Below, in pieces: positions 48,038-58,060 of a DNA stretch of 64,000 nucleotides; position 1 is the stretch's first letter, and each line of letters opens with the position of its first letter. A program made the position numbers and the translations under genes. The notes under the pieces are model-generated. The model searched no databases. It had not been told where the DNA came from and was given only the letters and a program-made list of their open reading frames with translations. This stretch comes from Candidatus Zixiibacteriota bacterium (GTDB lineage Bacteria; Zixibacteria; MSB-5A5; CAIYYT01). The DNA lies in NCBI GenBank assembly GCA_040235515.1, contig JBECKX010000179.1, positions 23,148 to 87,147 of the forward strand. The letters run 5' to 3'.

Positions 48038-48073
48038 AAAGCAGAGTGATCCTGATGAACCACTCTGCTTTTT
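48038..48073. terminator. Bidirectional terminator
   Basis: AAAGCAGAGTG/CACTCTGCTTT stem with A-rich and T-rich flanks between convergent genes. Confidence 0.75.
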
Positions 48074-48105
48074 GTGCGATTGGGCGAAATCTCAGCGAGG
48101 ATGGC

Positions 48106-51051
48106 CTACGGACATGCGCTGCAAGGCGCAGGACCACCGCCGAAGATGTAGTTAATGATGTAGACGGCATCACCAATACTCACGCTTCCACTGCAATCGG
48201 CATCACCCGCTTCGATCGGATCGGGAGCAGGTCCGCCGCCGAAGATGAAGTTGATGATATGAACGGCATCGCTGATCGAAACCGCGCCGTTGCCATCAGC
48301 ATCACCACAGACCCAGGGTGGAGCCTCAAAGGTTGCATTGAGTGTTCTCAGTCCCCACGAATCCCACTCGAAACAGAGTGTGCTCGTAAGCGGGACCTGG
48401 AAAATGAGCTGTCCGAACCCACCTGACTGATCGATATAGCCAAGAGGTACCGTGTACTCGCCTGGCTGAGTGATATTCATCGTACCGGAGCCGAGGGATG
48501 ACTGCGGGCATGAGACCTGCAGCACGCCGGGCTGGGCGACATCTCTGACGTAAACGACAACTTCCATATCTTCCCACCATTGATTAGGCCCTGGGATATC
48601 GAACTGCGCCGAGTATTGCTGGGTAGGGCCGCATGGTCCCAGGTTGCGCGGGATCTGGGAGAGGTCAAAGCCATCGGAGAATGTTTGCGAGGTTGAGTGC
48701 GAGGGTGGGAAGCCGTCGCCGAATTCGTCGGAGCTACCGTCGCGCCCACCCGCCGATCCACCGGCAAACTCGACAGGGTTAGAGGGTGTAGCCGCATCCT
48801 CCCTGTCGGGTTTTGAGGTGATGGTTACATCGGAGGTGCCTTGTGGATCGTCGAAGTGAACCCAGAAGATTCCAGTGGAATTACTGTCGACATCGAGTAC
48901 ACGCGTCTCGCCGCCGGCCATATATCCGAAGCTGCCGGGGGTTGTCCAGTTCCACTCGCGGACCCGGACGCGCCTGCCATCGGCCTGTTGCTCGTATACC
49001 GTCACGTTTCCGCAGCCACCTGAGCCGTCGAATTCGAATTTCAGTTGTCCACCCTTCGGCGCCACAACCTGCTTCCAGTCGCAATATTCCTTCAACTGAT
49101 AACGCACCCAGCTATCGTTCGGATCGTTGAGCAGATTATCGTAGTAATTGGCGGTCGCGTCATCCTGATCCGCCTTTGCTCTCAGCGCAGCCCTTTGCGC
49201 CGGGGTGAGGCCGTTACCCAGTTGATCGGCGACCAGCCTGCGCCACTCGGCTCGTTCACGTGCGGCGTCGCGCGCGTCAGTCAGGTACTTCCGGTAGCAA
49301 TCCTTGGCGAACTGCACACATTGCTCGTAGGTGTAACGGCCGGTCGCCAGAGAGTCAATCTTGCACTTGAGGTAAGGATGCACCTCGGTCAGCGGCGAGT
49401 CTCCGAAGGTATCGGCGCCGGAGTTGCTGTTGACATGGATTTCAGTTTTGCTCTTGTCATCGATCCCTTTCATCGCATTGACGATCTGCCCGCCGAAGCA
49501 TTGCAGCATTTCATCATACATATAGTCGCAGCAGGAGTCGATCAACTCTTGCTGCATTGCGCGCAGTTCGTCCCCGGTGAGGACCTCGTTCTGCAACATG
49601 TTGATCCCGGTTTCGCCCCACCCCAGGACCCCTGATTTGCAGCCGTGGTTGGTCACCATTTTCTGCACTGTGGCATCTTTGCCTGCATCTTCACAGGCAG
49701 CTATCTTCTTGGCGATATCTTTGTGTGCCTTCTGGACATTTGCCTGAGTGCACGAATCGACGGCAGCGTTGGGAATCAGCGCTGTGTTCTCGCTATTGCC
49801 TTTGAAGTAGAGGATTTTGATGTTGCCGGGGCAGTAGCCCTCGTTGTTTACCTTGTGCTGATAGAGCGCCTCGATGTTCTTCCAGTACTTCGGCTTGTTC
49901 TGTCCGGCGCTGATACCGCCGCTGATCAGGATGGCGAACTTACACGAATCGCAATCCTCGGCACTTCTCTCGATGACTTCGACTCCGCCATCGTCGCCAT
50001 TACTACCATCCACACTCCCCTGCGGCGGGGCAAATTCATCGAGGAAGCTGGAGCTGTCGATATAGGTGTATGATGCAGCCGTAAGGGTGAGCATCAACGA
50101 ATCTTCGGGGAAAGGCGCAAGATCGTCGGGTGTCGATGAGAGCACACCGGTTGCGATCATCAGTCCGCCAAACCAATAGTTGGTGTCGGGCATCGTCCCC
50201 TCGAGAAAGATGACTGATTGGGTCGGACCATAGGTGTCCGCGATGAACACGTCATAATCGTTGACCAGTGCAGCAAAGTCGGGGTGAGTGAACTCGCCGA
50301 CAACGCTGATCGTCTGTCCCTCGAGTGAATCGACTGCCTCAAAGACCTCGGCTATAGAGAAGAATTCCTTGGTGTAATAGATCCGCAGCTTTGGGCGATT
50401 GGCCGGAGTGGCATTCTCGCGGGAATCAAAACGCTTTGCGGAGGAAGAGTCGGCCTCGTTACCGATGATGATCCACCCGAAATTGCTTGCCGGGCTTGAT
50501 ACCCAAGCCTCAACATCGGCGACCATCTGTGCCGTTGAACCCCAGACGTAACTACCGAGACCGGCAACGCTCTGCGTGGCGGACGGGGCCGCTTCATAGT
50601 CCCCTCCGGCTGACGCCCAGAATGTCGTATCGTAGAAGCTGTGAATCCAGGTGGCATCGTCGGCCTGCGAAGGGGCACCGGCGCCTTCCTGACCGGTGGC
50701 GTCGGAAGTACCCTCGCCCCAGGCAGATGTTACTTTGTGCAGAGAGATGGTTTCGCTGCCTGAGATTGTCTTCGACATGTTGAGGACCAACTCAACGCTG
50801 TCGATTGTCGCTCCGACCGGAAGCTGGGTGGCGACATCGAACTTAACCAGTGCCCGCCGCAGATCGAGTCCGGCGGTTGCACCTGAGAACAGGTGTGCTC
50901 CAGCACCGTTGCTGAGCGAACCTGTTATGTCTTCGTAGAGTGTATTGTCCTGAACAGCCTCGAGTTCCACTACCTGGGCGTGAAGCGCCGGGGTGGCCGG
51001 AAGCAGACAGAGCAGGGTAAGAATCAGGGCGATAGCTTTAGAACCGGTCAT
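48106..51051 (-). CDS. Secreted DNRLRE-like domain, clan CD (C13/caspase-like) cysteine peptidase and C-terminal dockerin
   Basis: Signal peptide; QDNTLYE...RRALVKFD; FAILISGG, TNHG, MLQCFGG; dockerin at 48106-48309. Confidence 0.75.
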   Translation of the reverse strand: MTGSKAIALILTLLCLLPATPALHAQVVELEAVQDNTLYEDITGSLSNGAGAHLFSGATAGLDLRRALVKFDVATQLPVGATIDSVELVLNMSKTISGSETISLHKVTSAWGEGTSDATGQEGAGAPSQADDATWIHSFYDTTFWASAGGDYEAAPSATQSVAGLGSYVWGSTAQMVADVEAWVSSPASNFGWIIIGNEADSSSAKRFDSRENATPANRPKLRIYYTKEFFSIAEVFEAVDSLEGQTISVVGEFTHPDFAALVNDYDVFIADTYGPTQSVIFLEGTMPDTNYWFGGLMIATGVLSSTPDDLAPFPEDSLMLTLTAASYTYIDSSSFLDEFAPPQGSVDGSNGDDGGVEVIERSAEDCDSCKFAILISGGISAGQNKPKYWKNIEALYQHKVNNEGYCPGNIKILYFKGNSENTALIPNAAVDSCTQANVQKAHKDIAKKIAACEDAGKDATVQKMVTNHGCKSGVLGWGETGINMLQNEVLTGDELRAMQQELIDSCCDYMYDEMLQCFGGQIVNAMKGIDDKSKTEIHVNSNSGADTFGDSPLTEVHPYLKCKIDSLATGRYTYEQCVQFAKDCYRKYLTDARDAARERAEWRRLVADQLGNGLTPAQRAALRAKADQDDATANYYDNLLNDPNDSWVRYQLKEYCDWKQVVAPKGGQLKFEFDGSGGCGNVTVYEQQADGRRVRVREWNWTTPGSFGYMAGGETRVLDVDSNSTGIFWVHFDDPQGTSDVTITSKPDREDAATPSNPVEFAGGSAGGRDGSSDEFGDGFPPSHSTSQTFSDGFDLSQIPRNLGPCGPTQQYSAQFDIPGPNQWWEDMEVVVYVRDVAQPGVLQVSCPQSSLGSGTMNITQPGEYTVPLGYIDQSGGFGQLIFQVPLTSTLCFEWDSWGLRTLNATFEAPPWVCGDADGNGAVSISDAVHIINFIFGGGPAPDPIEAGDADCSGSVSIGDAVYIINYIFGGGPAPCSACP

Positions 51052-51491
51052 GCTCTCCTCCTGGTGGTTGATGGGTGCAGGGGCGTGTGATGATGCTCGT
51101 AATCCATGTTGCCCCTCTGGATTTTACAGTAGCGAACAGAAGCGTCGGGAACCAGTGCGGGCCTATGGTTCGGCGCTGCTATCTGCTGGTGCTTTGCGCT
51201 AAAGAATCTGCGCGGACGATCTGGTTATGACTGAATTGCTGAACGTTGCTTATGGCCCCACAGGCCTTTAGTGCTCTCAGGTTCAGTATAAGTCCGTAGT
51301 TGTCTCAGGCAAGTTAAATTAGCATTTAACGATCGTTTCTGTCCATGTTTCGAACTGCGACTCGGTACGACCTATCCGATCTGATTCGGCACAACCGATC
51401 GTGCCTGAAGCGGATTTGCGAATCCGCTCCCGACAAAGCTTCGCCAATTGCAGGCCCAACTCAGGTTGTATGCGACTCGCAGCCGGGTATC

Positions 51492-54440
51492 CTACGGGCA
51501 AGCGGCGCATGGTGCCGGTCCACCGGCGAAGATGAAGTTGATCAGGTAGACTGCATCGCTGATGCTGACTGCGCCGCTGCAGTCGGCGTCGCCAGAGGCC
51601 AGCGGATTGGGGGCCGGGCCGCCTGCAAAGATGTAATTGATGATAAAAACTGCGTCTCCGATCGAAACGGCCGTGCTGCCGTCCGCATCACCGCATAAGT
51701 ATGGCGGGAATGTCTCAACCAGAGAACGCAATCCCCAGCTATCAAACTCGAAACTGGCGCCGGAGAAACTGGTGACGAACTCGATTTCACCCGAGCCGCC
51801 CGTTGTGGCGATCGCACCCAGGTGCGCGGTATAGCGTCCGGGGCCTGAAATGGTGAGAGGCACAACGGAGTTGGCGGCCTGCGGACATTCTATGGTCATC
51901 GGACCCGGTTGCAGCACAGTCAATACATCAAGAACGACCTCCATGTCACTCCAGTAGACGTTATCCGCCGGGATATCGAAGGATGCAATGTAGTGATTCA
52001 CACCGCTTGACCCACCTGACCCAAGATCACGCGGGCAATCACCGAGGTCGGAATCATCATTGAACGTACCGGAGGAGCCGTGCGGATCGCTGAAGGGCCC
52101 CTCGCCGAACTCCTCGGAGGAACCGTCCCGAAAACCTCGCGACCCGCCTGCGTAGCTGATCGGGTTAGATGGCGAGTCGGTACCGAATCGCGCCATGGTT
52201 GAGACAACTTCAACCGTGAAGTCGCTTCCATCGTTATGCAGGATGAACACTCCGCTGGAGCCGGTGTCGACATCGTAGTAGCGCGTGTCGTTGCCGGGCA
52301 CGAATTCGTTGCTCCCCGGTAGATTCCAGTTCCATTCACGTTTCTGCACCGGGTCATCGACGCCCTCCTTTTTCTCGTACAGCCTGACGTTACCGCAGGT
52401 ACCGGTACCTGAGAACTTGAAGCAGAGCTGCCCACCTTTCGGCGCTGTGACGGTGCGAGAATCGCAGTACTCATTGAACTGGATTCGATAGAAGCGCGTA
52501 CCGCAAGTATCGAGCACTCCCTGCACGACGTCGCGATAATACTCGCGATTCCGGATCTGTCGCCGCACGTTGGCGCGCTGGTCTGAGAAGAGAAAACCGG
52601 TACTATCGAGCAGCTTCAGCGAGTCGATGTCGTCGAGGGCGTCATCGAGCCATTTCATCAGAGTGTCTTTGAAGCAGTGCATTCCAAAAGTCACGCACTC
52701 TTCATAGCTGTAGCGACCGGTTGCCAACGAGTCAAGCTTGCAACGGACGTAATCGTGCACAATGTTGTTCTGTGAAGGCACCGGGAGACTGCCGAGCGCG
52801 GGAGAATTGACGTGGATCTCCGTTTCGCTGCTGTCTGCCAGGGACTTCAGATCCTCAACCTGAATACCGCTGAAGCAATGGGTGAGCTCCACGAACATAG
52901 AATCGGCGCCTGAGTCGATCAGTTTCTGCTGATTGGCTCGCAATTCCGCCGGGGTCAGCACGCTGTCGGCGCAGAGGAGGCAGGTTCCGGTCTTCGCTGG
53001 GTCTGACGGATCGAGCACACCGTGATTACCGACGAACGTGTAGGCTATCCCGGACGAATCGCAGTTTGCCAGCCTGGCTGCGGCCTGGTCATACGCCCAG
53101 TTGATCGAATCCCGAGAACATTTGAATACCCGGTTGTCCGGAACGCTGATTATGCCGGCGCTCCCCGGAACGCCATCGTAGTACAGCACCCAGATATTCT
53201 CCGGGCAGAGATTGGCAGAATTGACGAGGTAGTCATAGTTTTTCTCGAGAGTCGCCCAGTAACCCTCTTTGTTCTTGGCTTCGTCAATTCCCCCGCTGAT
53301 CAGGACCGCCACTTTGCAGCTGTCGCAGTCATCAAGTTTTTGCAGGCTGCTTGAGACCGGTGGGTGGGGTGAATAGGCTTTTGCGGCCTTGGCGGTACCA
53401 CCTTCGAGTCCGAAGGGATGAATCAGGTCATACCCCGAGACGCTCAAGCTGAGTTGTTTGTCATTGAGCGGCGCGGTGCACTCCAGAATCGGATCAACCG
53501 AGAGAATCCCATGAGCGACTACCAAGCCGCCATACCAGTAGTCGGAGGGGGGATAAGCTCCGGTGATAAAGACGTTGCTCCAGGGAGGCATCGGCGTGTC
53601 GAGCTTGTATGCCGCGTAGTCGGTGACAAAGAGCGGCACTTGGTCTGAAATGAACTCGCCAACTATAGAGACAGACATTCCATCGAGTGAGTCCGCCCAT
53701 TCATAAGCACGCGGAATATCAATGAAGTCAAACGCGCAGGTGGCGTCGAAGTTATCGACGGCAAGGGTTCGAATCCAGACCTGACCGGGATACCCCTGGT
53801 CGAACAGGTCGGAGAGGGTACCATCCTTGAGCCGGTAGCTGGTACATGGACCGGGCAGCGTATCGACGAACATATCAAAGCAGCTTACCGGGTTATTCAG
53901 CTTATAGCTGATAAAGAAGTCACCTGAGATGCAGAGTGTATCGGTGAACAGGGCCGTGACGACGCCACAGGTGGGTCCGCCGGGTGAGGTTAGCAATCCT
54001 GTGGCTGTTTCGTAGAGGAGAGCGCCCGGCTGGGGACATTCGATTCCAGCTGCATCGTAAATTTCAAAGGAAATCTGAGTCGTGCAAGCCGACGAGACAC
54101 AAACTACGAATTGCAGACCGATGATTCCGATCGGCAGAGTAGGTTCACAAGTCGACAGATCGATGTCCTGAAACCGGAAATACGATTCTTCGCCGGTGAT
54201 TTCACCAAACAGTTGTAATCCGAGGTCTCCCGGATAAGGGAGAGCGCATTCGGCCTGAGTGGAGCGAGTGTCGATCTGGCCAGTGCCCGCGATTTCTTCG
54301 AAGGTTATCAGAGGGCTATTGGATTTGTCGGTAGCCGCTCGCTGCAAGTTCTCTCGCGGATCAGAAGCGTTCGAAGCCGCCATCAAAAGCGGCAAGACCA
54401 GAGTCGCGGCCAGGATGATACACCTGCGCAAGAAATTCAT
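51492..54440 (-). CDS. Secreted clan CD (C13/caspase-like) cysteine peptidase with C-terminal dockerin; paralog of 48106-51051 with a different N-terminal domain
   Basis: VAVLISGG, GNHG, LTHCFSG; shared CKxDSLATGRY, APKGGQL, REWNW blocks; dockerin at 51492-51695. Confidence 0.75.
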   Translation of the reverse strand: MNFLRRCIILAATLVLPLLMAASNASDPRENLQRAATDKSNSPLITFEEIAGTGQIDTRSTQAECALPYPGDLGLQLFGEITGEESYFRFQDIDLSTCEPTLPIGIIGLQFVVCVSSACTTQISFEIYDAAGIECPQPGALLYETATGLLTSPGGPTCGVVTALFTDTLCISGDFFISYKLNNPVSCFDMFVDTLPGPCTSYRLKDGTLSDLFDQGYPGQVWIRTLAVDNFDATCAFDFIDIPRAYEWADSLDGMSVSIVGEFISDQVPLFVTDYAAYKLDTPMPPWSNVFITGAYPPSDYWYGGLVVAHGILSVDPILECTAPLNDKQLSLSVSGYDLIHPFGLEGGTAKAAKAYSPHPPVSSSLQKLDDCDSCKVAVLISGGIDEAKNKEGYWATLEKNYDYLVNSANLCPENIWVLYYDGVPGSAGIISVPDNRVFKCSRDSINWAYDQAAARLANCDSSGIAYTFVGNHGVLDPSDPAKTGTCLLCADSVLTPAELRANQQKLIDSGADSMFVELTHCFSGIQVEDLKSLADSSETEIHVNSPALGSLPVPSQNNIVHDYVRCKLDSLATGRYSYEECVTFGMHCFKDTLMKWLDDALDDIDSLKLLDSTGFLFSDQRANVRRQIRNREYYRDVVQGVLDTCGTRFYRIQFNEYCDSRTVTAPKGGQLCFKFSGTGTCGNVRLYEKKEGVDDPVQKREWNWNLPGSNEFVPGNDTRYYDVDTGSSGVFILHNDGSDFTVEVVSTMARFGTDSPSNPISYAGGSRGFRDGSSEEFGEGPFSDPHGSSGTFNDDSDLGDCPRDLGSGGSSGVNHYIASFDIPADNVYWSDMEVVLDVLTVLQPGPMTIECPQAANSVVPLTISGPGRYTAHLGAIATTGGSGEIEFVTSFSGASFEFDSWGLRSLVETFPPYLCGDADGSTAVSIGDAVFIINYIFAGGPAPNPLASGDADCSGAVSISDAVYLINFIFAGGPAPCAACP

Positions 54441-54934
54441 TTAACCCTCCAATGCATTGATTGTCAGAGATCGCCAAAGATCGTCAAATCGCATTCTGGA
54501 TGCGGTCGGGACCTGTTTCTATTATCGATTTTGAAGTCGTTTCGCGCATTGACCCGAACGGTCCGGTTGTTGCCGGCATCCGCAAGACAGCTCTGGCGTA
54601 TCACCGACGAAAGACAGGTTGCATGAGCATCTCCGAAGATGTCCCACCTGCTAACACCCAATAACAACAGGGCAACAGAACCGGGAGATAGAGCGTGCGA
54701 GCCTGCCCGGTAGGTTCGGCGGCTGCGGGAATACCGGTTTTCAGCACTACAGCAAAGGCGCTGCGATGAAGCTTTGAGCCGCCGGGAACACGGTGCCAGA
54801 CGCGCGTTGCTCAAACTGCCTGCTTTTGCATCTCTTGTCTATTGAATAGTTGTTGCTTGATAGCAACTTAGTTACAGAGGCGAATCAAGTCAAGATCGAA
54901 CTTATCTCACCATGATAGGGTGGGGAAAAATCGG

Positions 54935-54963
54935 TTGACAAAGGATAGGGGTCAACGTAAAAT
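54935..54963 (+). promoter_or_regulatory. Near-consensus sigma70 promoter overlapped by an inverted repeat
   Basis: TTGACA-17 bp-TAAAAT; GTTGAC (54934)...GTCAAC (54951) inverted repeat. Confidence 0.75.
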
Positions 54964-55156
54964 GCTCATTCTTAATTGCGCAAGTAATGGGAGTAGTGCG
55001 TCTATTAATTTCAGGCAGAGCATTCCAAAGACACTCCGTTTAACACTACTGAAGTGTATTCTGCAGTGTGACTCACGTTTTGCCTGTGGAAACAGCCTTT
55101 GTCCAAGACGCGGCAGCATAAGAACTTACAAACATGGTTGGTAGATGGAGATGGTG

Positions 55157-56638
55157 ATGAGATTTTGCAAATTGTCGTTACTCACGCCACTGCTGGTGGT
55201 TGTCTGGTGTGGAGTCGTGGTGGCAGGAGGATGGCAGTACACCGGAGTGGGCGCGCGCGCCAAGTCGATGGGGAACGCATTTAGAGCTATCTCGGCTGAC
55301 GCGAGTAACGCGTACTACAATCCTGCTGGGCTCGCATATCTGGAGACTCATATATTTTCAGGAACTGTAGAGTTGCATGGTCCTCGACCGGAGTTGGATC
55401 CGAATTTCAATTCCGCGGGCTACAACTTTGGGTACTTGAATGGCGAGACGCGTTATCCTTTCGATGAAGTTTATGCGATGGGAACAGCGTCGCTCTATTT
55501 TCAGCCCAAGGGCATACCGAATCTGGTCCTGGGTGGCTCAGTGTATCAGGCTTATGATCACAACGCCGTATGGAACCTGTTCAGCATTTCCCCCGCGTAC
55601 AACGCCAATGCCAGTATAGTGGAGGAGAATCATCGCTCGAACTTTGATGTTGTGACATTCCAGCCGACGGTCGCCTACAAGTTTTCTGATGACAAGATCG
55701 CGGTCGGAGTCGGTGTGCAGATTCACCGTGGCGACGCCTGGCTCGATCAGGTCAGGTTGCTCGACAACCCGTATCAATACCCGCTTGATGTCCGCCCGAT
55801 GGACAAGCTGCCCGAAGCTTACTCGGTGGACGGCTACGGCTACTCGGTTGGAGCCAACATCGGCGTGCAGGTGAAGCTCAATGAGAAAGTAACTCTGGGA
55901 GCGAACTACAAATCGAAGTCGACGATGACGATCGATGGTGCCAGCGTGGAACGAATCTTCTTCCCGCTCAACCCCGGAATCGCCGCTCTCTACAACGACC
56001 CGAGCGTGAACAACAATCCTGAGCAGTTGGAGATCTTCACGACCTATTCAACCGGCCCGGAGTATGTTGTCCTGAGCGATTTCGAATTCGACATGACCGT
56101 ACCTTCAGAATTCGGTTTCGGAATTTCACTGCAACCGAATCCCCGCACGACGCTCGCGGCTGATTTTTCGATGACGCGCTGGTCCGAGTTTGAGATGTTC
56201 AATATCAAGTTCAACAACCGTGATTTTGCGAACTCTTCAAACCCACAAGCGCCGCAGACCTGGCGAAACCTGCTGACTGACGTGACGATCCCGTTTGAGT
56301 GGGATGACGCTTTCAGAATCAGCCTCGGTGGTGAGAGGGTATTCAACGAGCGCTGGACTGGCCGCATCGGCTATATGTATGATGACTCGCCGATTCCGGA
56401 TGAGACGCTGAATACGATTTTCATAGACACCGGATCAAAGCACTCATTCAACCTCGGTGCAACCTTCACTCTCAACGAGTCGATCTCGTTCGAGGGTGCG
56501 ATCGAAGGTGTATTCTCGAGCTCGCGCGATATTCCTGAGGTTGGGGATGTCGATGGAGACGGTTACTGGGACAACTTCTCAGGTGACTGGAAAGACAAGA
56601 GCTTCAACTCAAGCTGGGCGCTCAACTACAGGTTCTAA
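55157..56638 (+). CDS. OmpP1/FadL family outer-membrane transporter
   Basis: GVGARAKSMGNA...DASNAYYNPAGL hatch motif; RIGYMYDDSPIP; terminal YRF. Confidence 0.9.
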   Translation: MRFCKLSLLTPLLVVVWCGVVVAGGWQYTGVGARAKSMGNAFRAISADASNAYYNPAGLAYLETHIFSGTVELHGPRPELDPNFNSAGYNFGYLNGETRYPFDEVYAMGTASLYFQPKGIPNLVLGGSVYQAYDHNAVWNLFSISPAYNANASIVEENHRSNFDVVTFQPTVAYKFSDDKIAVGVGVQIHRGDAWLDQVRLLDNPYQYPLDVRPMDKLPEAYSVDGYGYSVGANIGVQVKLNEKVTLGANYKSKSTMTIDGASVERIFFPLNPGIAALYNDPSVNNNPEQLEIFTTYSTGPEYVVLSDFEFDMTVPSEFGFGISLQPNPRTTLAADFSMTRWSEFEMFNIKFNNRDFANSSNPQAPQTWRNLLTDVTIPFEWDDAFRISLGGERVFNERWTGRIGYMYDDSPIPDETLNTIFIDTGSKHSFNLGATFTLNESISFEGAIEGVFSSSRDIPEVGDVDGDGYWDNFSGDWKDKSFNSSWALNYRF

Positions 56639-56652
56639 GGAAGGTGCTGATA

Positions 56653-57861
56653 ATGAGAAGGTTCTTTAATATATCGATCGTTGCGTTAGCAGCGCTGTTC
56701 CTCGTGGCTTATGTGATCGGGTGTGACAAGCGCTCGAACCCTGCGGATTCGACTCCGACAGAAACGGGGCAAATCTACCAGGGTCAACATCAGTATGACG
56801 GCCTTGGCGAGGGAAGCCAGGCGCCCGATTGGCTGGAATTTGCCAGCCGCTGGGTCAAGGTGTATGCGCCTCCGGGATACGAGCCGAACCTCGTCGGACC
56901 TCGCTACCCGACCCTTTATTTGCTGCCGGGCTATGATGGCGAGCCGTCATTCACTTACAAATTCGGCAATGAAAACTACTTTCCGATCAGTGCAGTGAAA
57001 GCCGTAGCGGATCGTCTGATCGCCAACGGTGAGATCAAGCCGATGTTTATCTGCATGCCGGATGCGTCCACGTACTATGGTGGTACCTTCTTCGCCAACA
57101 GCCGCCTTCTCGGCGATTGGGAAACCATGATGGCTGAGGAGCTGATCAACTACATGGATGCTGACGAACTTGGCTCCGGATTCCGCACGTTGGCTCAAAA
57201 AGAGTCGCGCGCCATCGGCGGTCATGTTTCGGGCGGTTATGGTGCGATGAGAATCGCCATGAAGTTTCCTGACCTGTTCAACTCGGTTTCGGCGATCGAT
57301 GCCCCGCTCTCGTTTGCCAACGGAAACCTGGATGAAGTGATTGAGTCATTCCTCACCGAGCAGGGAATCGCGAGTGAGCAGGATCTGCTCGATACCGATA
57401 CGCTTGGTATTCGTGAACAGCCGTACAAGATGCTGATCTTCACGATGGCCGGCACATTCTCCCCGGCATCCAACGTCGATGTAAGACCTGACAACGCCGG
57501 TGCGCTCGAAAAGATGCGCATCCAGTTGCCATTTGATTACCAGGGTAACAAGGTACAGGATGTCTGGCAGATGTGGACCGACAACGATCTTTATAGCTGG
57601 CTGGACAACGCCACCTACCAGCAGGCGCTGGCGAATCAGAATCTGCATCTCGAGTATTCGGATCACAATCTGTTTGGCTTCAATAACGAGACTGAGGACT
57701 TCCTGGCCAAGTTGAGCCAGATGGGAATCCCTTACGAGTCGGAAGTCTTCACGGCTTACGAGGGAGCAGACGCCCGCTCGCGGACATTCCTCTACGACCG
57801 AATCGAGGCGATTCTGAAGTTCCACAATCAATATCTGATGGATCGCAACGGCAACTTTTAG
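56653..57861 (+). CDS. Esterase-fold (alpha/beta hydrolase) lipoprotein, probably catalytically degenerate
   Basis: Lipobox VIGC; VYAPPGY, RYPTLYLLPG, RAIGGHVSGGYGA (Val at the nucleophile position). Confidence 0.8.
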   Translation: MRRFFNISIVALAALFLVAYVIGCDKRSNPADSTPTETGQIYQGQHQYDGLGEGSQAPDWLEFASRWVKVYAPPGYEPNLVGPRYPTLYLLPGYDGEPSFTYKFGNENYFPISAVKAVADRLIANGEIKPMFICMPDASTYYGGTFFANSRLLGDWETMMAEELINYMDADELGSGFRTLAQKESRAIGGHVSGGYGAMRIAMKFPDLFNSVSAIDAPLSFANGNLDEVIESFLTEQGIASEQDLLDTDTLGIREQPYKMLIFTMAGTFSPASNVDVRPDNAGALEKMRIQLPFDYQGNKVQDVWQMWTDNDLYSWLDNATYQQALANQNLHLEYSDHNLFGFNNETEDFLAKLSQMGIPYESEVFTAYEGADARSRTFLYDRIEAILKFHNQYLMDRNGNF

Positions 57862-57919
57862 CTGTCGGCCCAGCAGCCAGGGCGGCTACTGAGGTTACTA
57901 TAAAGTTTTGTGAGAAATT

Positions 57920-57954
57920 AGCGCCGGGCCGGCAACAGCTCGGCGCTCTTTTTT
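57920..57954 (+). terminator. Rho-independent terminator
   Basis: AGCGCCGGGC/GCTCGGCGCT stem followed by T6. Confidence 0.8.
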
Positions 57955-58060
57955 ATGGCTCCACCTTGAGGAGTTGTTCGTCGAGTGGCCCAGCTCCGGT
58001 TTGCGGAAAATCGTAATAATCTGTATATGGCATTACCGATCATGCAAGCAAGGAAACGAC

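Noticed and set aside
48106..51695. Similar 3' ends of the dockerin genes as a DGR template/variable repeat pair
   Set aside because: All copies are coding, the differences are not adenine-specific, and there is no reverse transcriptase in the window.
54989..55003. GGGAGTAG suggesting a yybP-ykoY (Mn2+) riboswitch
   Set aside because: The remaining conserved elements and four-way junction are not recognisable, and the downstream gene is not a typical target.
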